This document shows, in pieces, positions 1 to 9,179 of a stretch of 24,000 nt of DNA; position 1 is the first letter of the stretch, and each line of letters opens with the position of its first letter. A model generated the notes under the pieces. It was not told the DNA's origin and made no database searches. It worked only from the letters and a program-made list of their open reading frames with translations. This DNA is from Anaerolineae bacterium. GTDB taxonomy: Bacteria; Chloroflexota; Anaerolineae; UBA4142; SHND01. The stretch spans positions 6,483-30,482 of the forward strand of contig JAJTXZ010000021.1 in the NCBI GenBank assembly GCA_021463195.1, read 5' to 3'. Both the position numbers and the translations under genes were made by a program.

Positions 1-1639
1 CGGCGTTGCGCCCGAACGTTTCAGAAATTTTCGCCGCGAGTTTTTCGTCAATGACGCGCCCCTCTTCGGCAATCACTTTATCATTATTCGGGTCAATCAC
101 ATCTTCAAAAAGCGTATGCCCGACGAGTTTTTCTTTTTTCGGCGGCAGCGCGTGATAGACGTGCCGATACGGCGTTTCGATAAAACCGAATTCATTGATT
201 TGCGCGTACGTAGCGAGGCGCCCGATGAGACCGATATTCGGACCTTCCGGCGTTTCAATCGGACAAATGCGTCCGTAATGCGAATCATGCACATCGCGCA
301 CATCAAAGCCCGCGCGCTCGCGACGCAAACCGCCGGGCCCCAACGCGGACAACGTGCGCTTGTGCGTCAACTCGTCGAGCGGATTCGTCTGCTGCATAAA
401 TTGCGACAACTGCGAACCGCCGAAAAATTCGCGAATCGCGGCAACGACGGGACGAATGTTAACCAGATTGAGCGGTGTCATTTGCTCGGGATCGCGAATG
501 CTCATGCGTTCGCGCACCACGCGCTCGAGACGCAGCAAGCCGATACGCAAATGATTTTGAATCAATTCGCCGACGGTCTTGACGCGCCGATTGCCCAGAT
601 GGTCAATATCATCATCGCGCTCCTGCCCGTTATTGATTTGAATCAAGTGATTAAGCACCGTCACCAAATCGCCTTCGGTCAAAGTGCGCTCTTGCGGCAT
701 TTGCGCGCTTGGCGTATCCGTGCCATACAGACGCCGATTCAATTTATGGCGGCCCACTTTGCCCAAATCATAGCGGCGCTGCGTAAAGAGCAGCTGCGCC
801 ATAAACGATTTGGCATTATCGAGCGTCGCGGGATCGCCGGGGCGCAGCCGTTTGTAAAATTCAATCAATGAATCATTCACGCCTTGCAATTTCGGCGTCT
901 CGCGTTCCAGCGTCGTGCGAATGAATTGATGGTCGGGATTGCTGTCCACGCCAGCAAAAACCGAGAGAATGCCCTCGTCCGTGCCGCCGCCGACGCCGAC
1001 CGCGCGCAAAAGCATCGTGACCGGAATCTTGCGTTTGCGATCCACTTTGACCGAAAGAATATCGCGCTTGCTCGTTTCAAATTCGAGCCACGCGCCGCGA
1101 TTGGGAATCAGCTTGGCGCTCGTGAGCGGGCGCCCGGTCTGGCGGTCTTCGTCGGCGGTAAAATACACGCCGGGCGAGCGAATCAACTGCGAGACGACCA
1201 CGCGTTCCGCGCCGTTAATGACGAACGTGCCGTGCTGCGTCATTTCCGGAAAATCGCCCATGTAAATCTTTTGAATAATGGGTTCTTTGACTTCGGCGCC
1301 AACGAGCGCGACTTCGACTTCTAACGGACGCGCAAAAGTCATATCCATCTCGCGGCATTCCGCTTCCGAATATTTAGGTTCGCCAAAACTATATTTAAGC
1401 CGCAGCCCTTTGGCTTCCGCCGCCACGCCGGGAAAGTACAAAGCGTAATTGTGATTAAAAGACTCGATGGGCGAAATTTCTTCAAACAGTTCAATCAGCC
1501 CTTCCGCTTTAAACCACTTGAACGATTCTAATTGGACTTGGATCAAAGTAGGAATCGCAATCACATCGGGAATGCGAGCGTATGTTTTCTGGTCAGAACG
1601 CAGACCATTCACTACAGACATTAACATCGTTTGCGCCAT
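1..1639 (-). CDS. rpoB: DNA-directed RNA polymerase subunit beta, N-terminal ~546 codons; the gene continues past the window start
   Basis: Absent from the ORF track because it is open at the edge. Hand translation of the minus strand from ATG (1639..1637) has no stops: [43 protein letters not shown]...[33 protein letters not shown]...[22 protein letters not shown]...[64 protein letters not shown]. These are hallmark RpoB motifs. SD AAGGAG lies 6 nt upstream of the ATG. Confidence 0.95.
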   Translation of the reverse strand, partial: MAQTMLMSVVNGLRSDQKTYARIPDVIAIPTLIQVQLESFKWFKAEGLIELFEEISPIESFNHNYALYFPGVAAEAKGLRLKYSFGEPKYSEAECREMDMTFARPLEVEVALVGAEVKEPIIQKIYMGDFPEMTQHGTFVINGAERVVVSQLIRSPGVYFTADEDRQTGRPLTSAKLIPNRGAWLEFETSKRDILSVKVDRKRKIPVTMLLRAVGVGGGTDEGILSVFAGVDSNPDHQFIRTTLERETPKLQGVNDSLIEFYKRLRPGDPATLDNAKSFMAQLLFTQRRYDLGKVGRHKLNRRLYGTDTPSAQMPQERTLTEGDLVTVLNHLIQINNGQERDDDIDHLGNRRVKTVGELIQNHLRIGLLRLERVVRERMSIRDPEQMTPLNLVNIRPVVAAIREFFGGSQLSQFMQQTNPLDELTHKRTLSALGPGGLRRERAGFDVRDVHDSHYGRICPIETPEGPNIGLIGRLATYAQINEFGFIETPYRHVYHALPPKKEKLVGHTLFEDVIDPNNDKVIAEEGRVIDEKLAAKISETFGRNA

Positions 1640-1692
1640 ACATTACTCCTTTGCGCGAAATAAACGACTGTGTACAATAGGACAGCGGCAAT

Positions 1693-1748
1693 GCAAAACA
1701 ATAAACAAACAAACATGCTCTCACGGAAAAAATCCGTTAGAGCATGTT
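1693..1748 (-). terminator. Terminator-like hairpin plus U-rich tract inside the rpoB leader (possible attenuator)
   Basis: Minus strand reads AACATGCTCT-AACGGATTTTTTCCGTG-AGAGCATGTT. This gives a 10-bp outer stem with an inner ACGGA/TCCGT stem (1712-1748), followed by TGTTTGTTTATTGTTTTGC. It lies ~55 nt upstream of the rpoB start. Confidence 0.4.
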
Positions 1749-1923
1749 CCAAAATCGGGAATCAACTAATCGGGGAACGCAGCGGCAGACTAGCTCAATC
1801 ATAAAATAAATCTCCGGACGCTTTGATTCGCGAACCAAAGCAAATGAATAGCTTTGTTTTAACGAGAGCAACGCCATTGCTGCATCAATACAGAATTGCC
1901 ATGACCCAAATAGGCAGTCTCAT

Positions 1924-1951
1924 ATTATACTGCGAAAAATTGATTTGTCAA
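1924..1951 (-). promoter_or_regulatory. Near-consensus sigma70-type promoter reading toward rpoB
   Basis: Minus strand: TTGACA (1951..1946), 16-nt spacer, TATAAT (1929..1924). It would give a ~280-nt rpoB leader. Confidence 0.5.
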
Positions 1952-1982
1952 TAACGAATTTGAACATTTGGACTCACGCGCC

Positions 1983-2717
1983 ATGACGCCAGCCGTCATA
2001 ATCCCAACATATAACGAATTTGAAAATATCTCCCAATTAATAGCGGAATTACGCGTCATCGCCCCAAACTTGACCATCGTGGTGGTAGATGATAATTCCC
2101 CTGACGGCACCGGGCAAGTCGTGGACGCGCTCGCCGCGCGCGACGCGCGCGTTCAATGTATTCACCGCCCCGCCAAATTGGGTTTGGGCACCGCGCACAT
2201 CGCGGGCATCAAATCCGCCATCGCGCAGGGTTTGGAGCCGATTCTCACGATGGATGCCGATTTCTCTCACGCGCCGCGTTTTGTGCCGGACATGCTGCGC
2301 AGCATCGAACAAGCCGATGTCGTTATCGGCTCGCGCTATGTGACAGGCGGCGGCACGCTGCACTGCGCGCTGCCGCGGCGCGCGCTCAGTCGCGGCGCGA
2401 ATCTATTTGCGCGCCTGACGCTGGGTTTACGCGCCGACGACGCCACCGCCGGCTTTCGCGCCTATCGCCGCGCCGTGCTGGAATCCATTGCGCTCGATAA
2501 AATCCAATCCAACGGCTATTCGTTCTTGATTGAAATGTTGTACCAATGTCAAAAGCAAGGTTGGCGCATCAACCAAGTTCCGATTATTTTTGAAAATCGG
2601 CAGCGCGGCGCATCCAAAATCTCGCGCCAAGAAATTTTCAAAGCATTGGGAACGGTTATTCGCTTGCGGAGCGAAAACGGCCGCCTACAGTCGCCTATGC
2701 CCCAATCCAATCCTTAA
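1983..2717 (+). CDS. GT2-family polyprenol/dolichol-phosphate mannosyltransferase (Dpm1/Ppm1-like)
   Basis: Track ORF 1968..2717; I prefer the ATG at 1983 (MTPAVIIPTYNE). Motifs IIPTYNE, VVDDNSPDGT, MDADFSH and GSRY...GG, and a length near 245 aa, are typical of Dpm1-like GT-A synthases. Confidence 0.85.
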   Translation: MTPAVIIPTYNEFENISQLIAELRVIAPNLTIVVVDDNSPDGTGQVVDALAARDARVQCIHRPAKLGLGTAHIAGIKSAIAQGLEPILTMDADFSHAPRFVPDMLRSIEQADVVIGSRYVTGGGTLHCALPRRALSRGANLFARLTLGLRADDATAGFRAYRRAVLESIALDKIQSNGYSFLIEMLYQCQKQGWRINQVPIIFENRQRGASKISRQEIFKALGTVIRLRSENGRLQSPMPQSNP

Positions 2718-2783
2718 CGGCGCCACCAATCTATAGTCACCGCGCGCGCGCAATGCTTACGTAACCGCGTTTCGGTATCTCGC

Positions 2784-4241
2784 ATGTCTACCACCCGCCT
2801 GTTTATCGTCCTCCTCTTTATCGCGCTCTTTGCCATGACCGCGCGCGAAATCAGCGACCCCGATTTTTGGTGGCATCTGCGCGCGGGACAATACATGGTC
2901 GAAAACGCGACGATTCCACACACCGATCCATTCACCTTTACCGCGCAGGGCAAAGCATGGGTGACGCACGAATGGTTGTCTGAAATTTTTATCTTTGGCG
3001 TCTATCGTCTCGGCAGCTTGGCGGCGTTAATCATTTTATTTTCGGGAATCATCACGCTCGCGTTCGCGTTGACGTACGCGCGCAGCAAAGGAAAACCGTA
3101 TCTCGCGGGATTCGCGTTATTGCTCGGCGCGTTGGCAACCGCGCCAACGTGGGGCGTGCGGCCGCAAATGTTGACGCTGCTGTTGATGAGCGCGTTCTTG
3201 TTTTTGTTGGACCGCTTTGTAACCACGCGCGAAAACAAATTTTTGTTTCCACTGCCCTGCTTGATGCTCTTGTGGGTGAACTTGCACAGCGGTTACGCGA
3301 TTGGATTAATTGTCATTGGCGCATACTGGTTTGCCGCGTTTGTGGAAGGAATTGTTTTTCTTGTTCGCAAACAGCGCGCGAAAAATTCTCTCGAAGCGGA
3401 ACCTGCGCTTTCACCGCGCAACACGCGCGCGCTGCTCATCGTTCTCGCGCTCGCGTTTCTCGCCGTCCTCGTCAACCCGAACGGCGCGCGCATGTTCATT
3501 TATCCGTTTGAAACGCTGACCAGTCCCGCGATGCAGCGATACATTCAAGAATGGTTCTCGCCCGATTTTCATCAAACGGAATGGCTGCCGTTCGCGTTCT
3601 TGATCGTTTCACTCCTGGCGACGACGCTGCTTGCGCGCGCCCGCGTACCGCTCGCGCACATTCTTTTGCTGTGCGCGCTCGGTTTGCTCGCGCTGCGTTC
3701 CGCGCGCAACATTCCTTTATTCGTTCTCGTCGCGATTCCGGTTTTATCCGCGCAGCTCGCGGCGTGGATTCCCTTGCGCGCGTCGAACACGCCGACGCCG
3801 CGCCCGCTGCGAATAATCAATCGCGTTATCGTCGCGGTGATTGCCCTCGTCGCGTTGGTTCGCGTCGCCAGCGTCCTTGTCAATCAAACCAACATCGAAC
3901 GCGAAAAATTTCCCGCCGCCGCGGTCGAATGGATCCAACAAAATCGCCCCGCGCCGAATATTTACAACAGTTACGGCTGGGGCGGTTATTTAATTTGGAA
4001 ATTGTATCCTGATTATTTGGTTTATATTGACGGACGCGCCGACGTTCACGGCGACGCGTTCATTGAGGATTTTCTCGAAATTTATCGCGCGTCGGCGGGA
4101 TGGGAAAATAAACTCGCGGAAAAAGATGTGCGTCTTGTCTTGCTTGAACCCGACGCGCCGCTGGCGAACGCGTTAGCGAATGATGCGCAATGGACGCGCG
4201 TGTTCTCGGATGAACACAGCGCGCTTTATCAGAAAAAATAA
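2784..4241 (+). CDS. Polytopic membrane protein with a C-terminal soluble domain; putative GT-C-fold glycosyltransferase (function inferred)
   Basis: 485-aa ORF with about 10-12 hydrophobic segments. It has an acidic/aromatic first-loop motif (SDPDFWWHLRAG) and a ~100-aa non-membrane tail (YNSYGWGGYLIWKLYPDYLVYIDGRADVHG...). It sits 66 nt downstream of the Ppm-like gene on the same strand. Confidence 0.75.
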   Translation: MSTTRLFIVLLFIALFAMTAREISDPDFWWHLRAGQYMVENATIPHTDPFTFTAQGKAWVTHEWLSEIFIFGVYRLGSLAALIILFSGIITLAFALTYARSKGKPYLAGFALLLGALATAPTWGVRPQMLTLLLMSAFLFLLDRFVTTRENKFLFPLPCLMLLWVNLHSGYAIGLIVIGAYWFAAFVEGIVFLVRKQRAKNSLEAEPALSPRNTRALLIVLALAFLAVLVNPNGARMFIYPFETLTSPAMQRYIQEWFSPDFHQTEWLPFAFLIVSLLATTLLARARVPLAHILLLCALGLLALRSARNIPLFVLVAIPVLSAQLAAWIPLRASNTPTPRPLRIINRVIVAVIALVALVRVASVLVNQTNIEREKFPAAAVEWIQQNRPAPNIYNSYGWGGYLIWKLYPDYLVYIDGRADVHGDAFIEDFLEIYRASAGWENKLAEKDVRLVLLEPDAPLANALANDAQWTRVFSDEHSALYQKK

Positions 4242-4243
4242 AC

Positions 4244-4271
4244 CGCCGCGAAAATTTTCGCGGCGATTTTT
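4244..4271. terminator. Bidirectional intrinsic terminator between convergent genes
   Basis: Perfect palindrome CGCCGCGAAAA/TTTTCGCGGCG (4244-4265), flanked by an A-run upstream and TTTTT downstream. It lies between the stop at 4241 (+) and the stop at 4307 (-). Confidence 0.8.
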
Positions 4272-4306
4272 ATGCCTGACAGCGCGCGGCGTCGGTCGTT
4301 CGCGGA

Positions 4307-4891
4307 CTATTGATTTTTCGCGTCGTGCGCCAGCACAATCGCTTCGGCGATTTCTTTCATCGGTTTGCGCGAATTCATGCTCATCTTTTGAATTTTGCGA
4401 AACGCTTCTTGTTCCGTCAAACCCTGCGTATCCATCAAAATGCCTTTGGCGCGGTCCACCAACTTGCGCGTCTCGAGCGTTTCGTTCAAGTCGCCAATCT
4501 GTTTTTCGAGTTCGCGGAATTCGTCAAAACGCGCGAGCGCGATTTCGATGGCGGGGACGATTTCCTGTTCGCGGAACGGTTTGACCAAATAGCCGACGAC
4601 GCCCGCTTCTTTGGCGCGGTCCACCAAATCGCGCTGCGCGTACGCCGTAAGCAAAAGCACCGGCGCGATTTTTTCTTGGGTCATGATGCCCGCCGCTTCG
4701 ATGCCGTCCATGTCGGGCATCTTGATGTCCATAATGACGACATTCGGTTTGAGCTGCCGCGCCATATTGACGGCGCTCTGTCCGTCACCCGCTTCGCCTA
4801 CGACCAGATAATTCAAGTTCGTCAACATTTCGCGCAAATCCGCGCGAATCACCGACTCATCGTCCGCAATAATTACTCTTGTTCGCTCCAT
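4307..4891 (-). CDS. pdtaR: Response regulator with REC plus ANTAR RNA-binding output domain (PdtaR/AmiR-NasR type antiterminator)
   Basis: N-terminal receiver motifs (VIIADDE, DIKMPDMDG, LLTAY, KP) are followed by a coiled linker and an ANTAR signature (RKLVDRAKGILMDTQGLTEQEAFRKIQKMSMNSRKPMKEIAEAI). The start overlaps the kinase stop by 19 nt. Confidence 0.9.
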   Translation of the reverse strand: MERTRVIIADDESVIRADLREMLTNLNYLVVGEAGDGQSAVNMARQLKPNVVIMDIKMPDMDGIEAAGIMTQEKIAPVLLLTAYAQRDLVDRAKEAGVVGYLVKPFREQEIVPAIEIALARFDEFRELEKQIGDLNETLETRKLVDRAKGILMDTQGLTEQEAFRKIQKMSMNSRKPMKEIAEAIVLAHDAKNQ

Positions 4892-6369
4892 GCTTCGTCG
4901 CCTCCCAGCGGTATCTTTGGGAAATTCACAATCGCGGCAACGCCATTGTCGGTCACCATTTCGATCGTGCCTTTTAAATCATCTGTAACCAACATGCGCA
5001 CAATCCGCAAACCGAGACTATCCACCGTGTTTAAATCAAAATTTTCGGGCAAGCCGCGCCCGTCATCATGCACGCGCAATTCCACGCGGTCGCCCAAATC
5101 CTGAAACGATAACGCAATCATGCCCCCCTGCGCGCGCAAATCATAACCGTGTTCAAGCGCGTTTTGCAGCAATTCGTTAATGACCAACGCGCACGAAGTG
5201 GCTTGGCGCGCGGTAAGATAAATATTGGGCCCCGTCAGCCGCAACTTGATTTCGCGATTCGGATCGAGCACGCCGCTTTGCATTTGATGCAAAATGCGCC
5301 CCGCAATGTCACGAATATTGATTATACGCGAATCTTGCGCCGACAAAAATTCGTGAATCACCGCGATACTGAGAATGCGATTCACCGCTTCGCCCAACGC
5401 CACGCGCGCTTCGTCTGTCTGCATCCGCCGCGCTTGCATCCGCAATAACGCGGCGACGGTCTGCAAATCATTTTTGACGCGATGATGCACCTCTTTAATC
5501 ATCGTCGTCTTGATGACGAGTTGCCGTTCGCGCTCGCGCGTTTCAGTATCGTCGTGAATGGCGATTAGAACGCCCGCCAGCCGCGTGCCGCGCTGGAGCC
5601 ATAACAGCGCGTCAGTAGTTTGAATCGGAATCGCTTTTTTGACCCACTCGCGCCCGCGTTCTTGGACCGTGCGTTCGACGCAGCGTTTTTCGGCCGTCGC
5701 CTTTTGAAATAGGTCGGCGTCAATCGTTTCGAGATACGACAGCGGTCGCCCAATCAAATTTTCGTTGTAGCCGATATTGCGATATAGATTAATCGCGACG
5801 CCGCTCATATATCGAATCACGCCGCCTTCGTCGGCGTACAGCAAGCCGTCAAATTCCGCAAAAGGGGAGACTTGATTCGCGTCGGAGGGTTCGCCGCGCG
5901 CCGCCATTTCTTTTAAATCGCGCACGACCTGTTGAAAGACCCGATGACGGCGACGCATCCGTTCCACTTCCAACAGATTGGTGTCAATCACCAACGCGGC
6001 GAATGCCGGACGTTCGCCGCAGCGCAGCGGAAATACTTCGCGCTGCACCGGCGCGCCTTCTTTTGGTTCGTCGCGCATCTGACGCGTCATGCGATTCTGT
6101 TCCAGCGCTTCATACAGCGACGGATGCGCGTCACGCGTAAGCGTTTGACCGACGAGCGGTTGACCGTACGCCGGCGCAATCGAATGTGGGCGCGCGTGCG
6201 CGCACACGCGCAAAGGCGCGCCCGCGCGCGCGGCGGAATTTTCGCGCAAGCCAATCAAAATATCCGCGCGCGTCAAATCCGCCAAGAGCGGCGCGGCAGC
6301 GCGCGCCCGCGCCAGCAATTTTTCTTCTTCGGCGGTCAAGGACGCAGAGACAACATTGTCCATGTTCAT
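4873..6369 (-). CDS. pdtaS: PdtaS-type sensor histidine kinase (N-terminal GAF/PAS-like sensor, HisKA_2 H-box, HATPase_c); soluble, with no TM segments
   Basis: H-box EVHHRVKNDLQTVAALLRMQ and ATPase boxes NELLQNALEHG, HDDGRGLP and SLGLRIV. I place the start at MNMDNVV (6369). The track ORF's extra 37 codons read through the tRNA gene and are not credible. Confidence 0.9.
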   Translation of the reverse strand: MNMDNVVSASLTAEEEKLLARARAAAPLLADLTRADILIGLRENSAARAGAPLRVCAHARPHSIAPAYGQPLVGQTLTRDAHPSLYEALEQNRMTRQMRDEPKEGAPVQREVFPLRCGERPAFAALVIDTNLLEVERMRRRHRVFQQVVRDLKEMAARGEPSDANQVSPFAEFDGLLYADEGGVIRYMSGVAINLYRNIGYNENLIGRPLSYLETIDADLFQKATAEKRCVERTVQERGREWVKKAIPIQTTDALLWLQRGTRLAGVLIAIHDDTETRERERQLVIKTTMIKEVHHRVKNDLQTVAALLRMQARRMQTDEARVALGEAVNRILSIAVIHEFLSAQDSRIINIRDIAGRILHQMQSGVLDPNREIKLRLTGPNIYLTARQATSCALVINELLQNALEHGYDLRAQGGMIALSFQDLGDRVELRVHDDGRGLPENFDLNTVDSLGLRIVRMLVTDDLKGTIEMVTDNGVAAIVNFPKIPLGGDEAWSEQE

Positions 6370-6393
6370 CGTGAATCGTCCTGATTTCTTGCG

Positions 6394-6423
6394 AAAAAAA
6401 AGGTCGAGATACGATTCTCGACC
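6394..6423 (-). terminator. Intrinsic terminator just downstream of tRNA-Pro and 24 nt upstream of the pdtaS start
   Basis: Minus strand: GGTCGAGA-AUCGUA-UCUCGACC (8-bp stem, hexaloop) followed by T8 (A-run 6394-6401 on plus). Confidence 0.8.
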
Positions 6424-6433
6424 TAAAAACATT

Positions 6434-6512
<79 letters not shown>

Positions 6513-6559
6513 CAATGGAACGATTCCTCGCAAGATGGGGTCAAGGAACCGCAAGAACT

Positions 6560-6587
6560 ATTATAAACGCTTTGCGGAATTTCACAA
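6560..6587 (-). promoter_or_regulatory. Candidate promoter for tRNA-Pro
   Basis: Minus strand: TTGTGA (6587..6582), 16 nt, TATAAT (6565..6560). It lies ~45 nt upstream of the mature tRNA 5' end. Confidence 0.4.
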
Positions 6588-6614
6588 ATTCATTGCGTTA
6601 AAAAAGGGCGCATT

Positions 6615-6649
6615 AAAAAAAAACCCGCGTGAAATATATTCGACGCGGG
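6615..6649 (-). terminator. Intrinsic terminator downstream of nrdJ
   Basis: Minus strand: CCCGCG...CGCGGG stem (6644-6649 / 6624-6629) followed by T9 (A-run 6615-6623 on plus). It lies 16 nt after the nrdJ stop. Confidence 0.7.
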
Positions 6650-6664
6650 ATTTTCATGCTCTGC

Positions 6665-9019
6665 TCAAGCTTGCGACGGTGTTTTGCCTGCAAAATCTAT
6701 ATCGCAGACGCCCGCCAGACACGCGAGTTCTTGCGCGGCGGTGGTTAAATCTTCTTCTTCGTACCGATACAACTTGCTGAAATCAATCGCGGGAAAATGC
6801 GCGGCGAGTTTTTCATATTCGCGCTGGTCAATCTCTACATAAGGCATTTGGTCGTACATCGCGTCGAACGCGGGCAGGAACGTAATGCCGCCGAGATAAT
6901 CAATGTGTTCCCACACCCACTTCATCAAATCCAAAACTTCATGCGGCTGATAGGTGATGGTCACGCTCGGATTATGTTCCGTCCAATGCGTTTTGTTTTG
7001 CAGCCAGTATTCGCATTGTTGAATGGCGGTACGGTCCTTGCGCGTAATCGCGCCGTCGGGCGCTTGCGCTGGAAAATGTATGACCCACGTATTCGCGTCT
7101 TCGGGCGATTGTCCATTTTCGGGGTCGAGCGGCGCGCCCGCGTCGCGCATCACTTTGTAAATCGGCGAATGCGCGGCGACGCGCACATTGCGAATATAGT
7201 GCGGCGCCCAGCGCGCGTGAATGCCCGATGAGCAGTCCAACAACTGCGAAGAGTTGCCCGAAGGTTTCACGCACGTCACCGCCGCCGATTGATTGACGCC
7301 AAGTTGCGCCGCGAGCGCGCGATTCGTTTCAATCGCCACTGCGCGCAGTTGGCGTTGGAAATTGGCGTCTTGCGCCGCGACGCTGTCCAGTTGTCCATTA
7401 ATGTCCACGCCGAGCAAACGTTCTTCTTTGCAATTATTTTCCCATTGTTTGCGCAAACCGGGGAAATGGGTGGCGAGCGCTTGAATGCTGCCGATGATGG
7501 TGGCGAGTTCCACTTTGTCTCGTAATGTTTCGTACGTATCTTTTTGGCGCGCGACGGCGACAGATAAATTGCAAAACTGCATCGGGCGCAAAACAATTTC
7601 GCCACACGGATTCGTGCCAAATTCCGCCATGTGACGTCGTTCCGGTTTCAGCGTCATTGCGGATTCGCGATTGAAAATGCCCGGCTCGCCGCGTCCGCCT
7701 TTGACCATATCGAGAAAAAATTGCGCGAATTCGAGTTGCGTCAAACCGCCGCGCGGCAGTACCGCCGAATTGTTCGCGTTCCAACGTTGACTGTTATCGC
7801 GTTCAAAATCGCCGTCTTTGGCGTGGCGCATTTCAGCATCGTCATAATCAAAGAGCGAAATCATTGCCGTGCGCCGCACGCCGCCGCTCACCGCCGCGTT
7901 GCCGACCGCGCACATCAAATCGTGCGCGTCAATCGGACGCAGAAAACCGCCTTGCCGCGCCAACACGCGCGCGCGCATGAAATCAAACATTTTACGCAGG
8001 GGTTCAGGGCCCGACGCGCGCCCGCCTTTGGTGCGCAAGGGCGCGCCCGCCGGACGCAACAAACCTAAATCAAATTTTACGTCGCCGCCGTCAAACCATG
8101 TTTCCAATCCAAAGCGCAGCGCCTCCGCCCAACCTTCCGCCGAATCTTCGACGATGTAATGCGTCGGCGTTTTGCCGGTTTGGCGTTTGATGCGCGGAAA
8201 ATTTTCCACGTATCTTCGTTCGACGGAATATCCGACGCCGCAGCCGCTCATGGAAATAATCAATGCTTCGACAAACGACGCAACGCTCTCGACGGGCATG
8301 TAGGAACAATTATAAATGGCGATATTGTTGCGCCGCGCCGCCGCGCCCGCCATCGCGAGCAAACGCATCGAAGGCATCGCGCGCATTTCCAAAATGCCCC
8401 GCCGAACGCGTTCATATGTTTCGCGCGGCAAACGATCGCCCGCGAGTTCGTGCAAAAAATCCACCGAACGGTCTACGGTTTCAATCCATGTCTCGCGCCG
8501 CCCCAGTTCGTAATTGAATCGCGAATACTTGTCATAGAATTGGAATTTCTGAAGGTCGGTCGGAAAATAACGGTCCGAATCGGCGAACGCGGCGCGCACG
8601 TCTTCGGGGATGGGACGCTCGGCGCGCAATTTAGCGTGTTCCGCGCGATAGAGGATGTAACGCTTTGCCGCTTCAAATTCGCCCGCCGCCTGCAAAACCA
8701 TTTCTACAATGTCTTGGACATTTTCGACGGTGGGCTGATCATATTTCGCGGCGACAATATTGCCGACCTGTTTTGCCAAATCGGCAAGTGGAATGGCGGG
8801 CATACGCCCAAAACTGACAAAACAGCGCGCCAGCGCGTTTTCAATGCGTTCAATTTCAAATGGCATCACGCGTCCGTCACGTTTGACAATGGTGGTCGGC
8901 ATCACGACAGGCGCTTGCAAATCCAGCGCGTTCGCTTTTTGACCATTGCCATTTTTGTGACCATTGCCATTCGCTTGAGCTGTAAAACGATTGTCTACGC
9001 GTGTTTGCGCGTTACTCAT
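6665..9019 (-). CDS. nrdJ: Adenosylcobalamin-dependent (class II) ribonucleotide reductase with N-terminal ATP-cone
   Basis: 784 aa. ATP-cone motif ([20 protein letters not shown]), active-site region [17 protein letters not shown], and a size and architecture typical of NrdJ. SD GGAGG lies 8 nt upstream of the ATG at 9019. Confidence 0.95.
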   Translation of the reverse strand: MSNAQTRVDNRFTAQANGNGHKNGNGQKANALDLQAPVVMPTTIVKRDGRVMPFEIERIENALARCFVSFGRMPAIPLADLAKQVGNIVAAKYDQPTVENVQDIVEMVLQAAGEFEAAKRYILYRAEHAKLRAERPIPEDVRAAFADSDRYFPTDLQKFQFYDKYSRFNYELGRRETWIETVDRSVDFLHELAGDRLPRETYERVRRGILEMRAMPSMRLLAMAGAAARRNNIAIYNCSYMPVESVASFVEALIISMSGCGVGYSVERRYVENFPRIKRQTGKTPTHYIVEDSAEGWAEALRFGLETWFDGGDVKFDLGLLRPAGAPLRTKGGRASGPEPLRKMFDFMRARVLARQGGFLRPIDAHDLMCAVGNAAVSGGVRRTAMISLFDYDDAEMRHAKDGDFERDNSQRWNANNSAVLPRGGLTQLEFAQFFLDMVKGGRGEPGIFNRESAMTLKPERRHMAEFGTNPCGEIVLRPMQFCNLSVAVARQKDTYETLRDKVELATIIGSIQALATHFPGLRKQWENNCKEERLLGVDINGQLDSVAAQDANFQRQLRAVAIETNRALAAQLGVNQSAAVTCVKPSGNSSQLLDCSSGIHARWAPHYIRNVRVAAHSPIYKVMRDAGAPLDPENGQSPEDANTWVIHFPAQAPDGAITRKDRTAIQQCEYWLQNKTHWTEHNPSVTITYQPHEVLDLMKWVWEHIDYLGGITFLPAFDAMYDQMPYVEIDQREYEKLAAHFPAIDFSKLYRYEEEDLTTAAQELACLAGVCDIDFAGKTPSQA

Positions 9020-9143
9020 TGCAGAGCCTCCAAGAAAGATTTTTTGGGTAGGGGCAAAGTATTTTGCATAAAAAAACTATCGCCTTCCGCGCGCGGCATG
9101 ACAAATGCTTTGCCCATCCAATTTGTCAAGGGCTGCGCGAGCG

Positions 9144-9179
9144 AAAAAAAAATGGGCGAACCGCGTTCACAGTTCGCCC
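9144..9179 (-). terminator. Intrinsic terminator inside the nrdR-nrdJ spacer
   Basis: Minus strand: GGGCGAAC-(10-nt loop)-GTTCGCCC (9179..9154) followed by A + T9 (9152..9144). It lies ~125 nt upstream of the nrdJ ATG. Confidence 0.75.

Noticed and set aside
116-1324. Track ORFs 116..871 (+), 884..1324 (+), 939..1265 (+) and 97..306 (-) as possible genes
   Set aside because: They lie antisense to or out of frame with the hand-translated rpoB reading frame, which carries unmistakable RpoB motifs. Their products are low-complexity R/A/F-rich strings typical of off-frame translation of GC-rich coding DNA.
1896-1982. Promoter for the plus-strand mannosyltransferase gene (candidates TTGCCA-N19-CATATT and TTGATT-N17-AACATT)
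   Set aside because: Both candidates are weak or badly spaced, and they overlap the much stronger minus-strand rpoB promoter. The support is not enough to list either as a feature.
4310-5104. 264-aa plus-strand ORF, and similar long antisense ORFs at 8159..9223, 13374..14192, 14337..14879, 16005..16814, 16771..17586, 18146..18616, 19779..20270, 20122..20745, 22358..23083 and 23152..23799
   Set aside because: Each is fully embedded antisense in a confidently identified gene (pdtaR/pdtaS, nrdJ, ftsA, ddl, murB, the dcw membrane protein, murC, murG, murD). They have an R/H/A/F-rich biased composition, no RBS and no recognisable domains. They are shadow ORFs.
9100-9129. TTGACA at 9124-9129 (minus strand) as an independent nrdJ promoter
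   Set aside because: No acceptable -10 hexamer lies 16-18 nt downstream; the best candidates are ATTTGT and TTTGTC, which lack the conserved A2. It may be fortuitous, so nrdJ is provisionally treated as read-through from nrdR.
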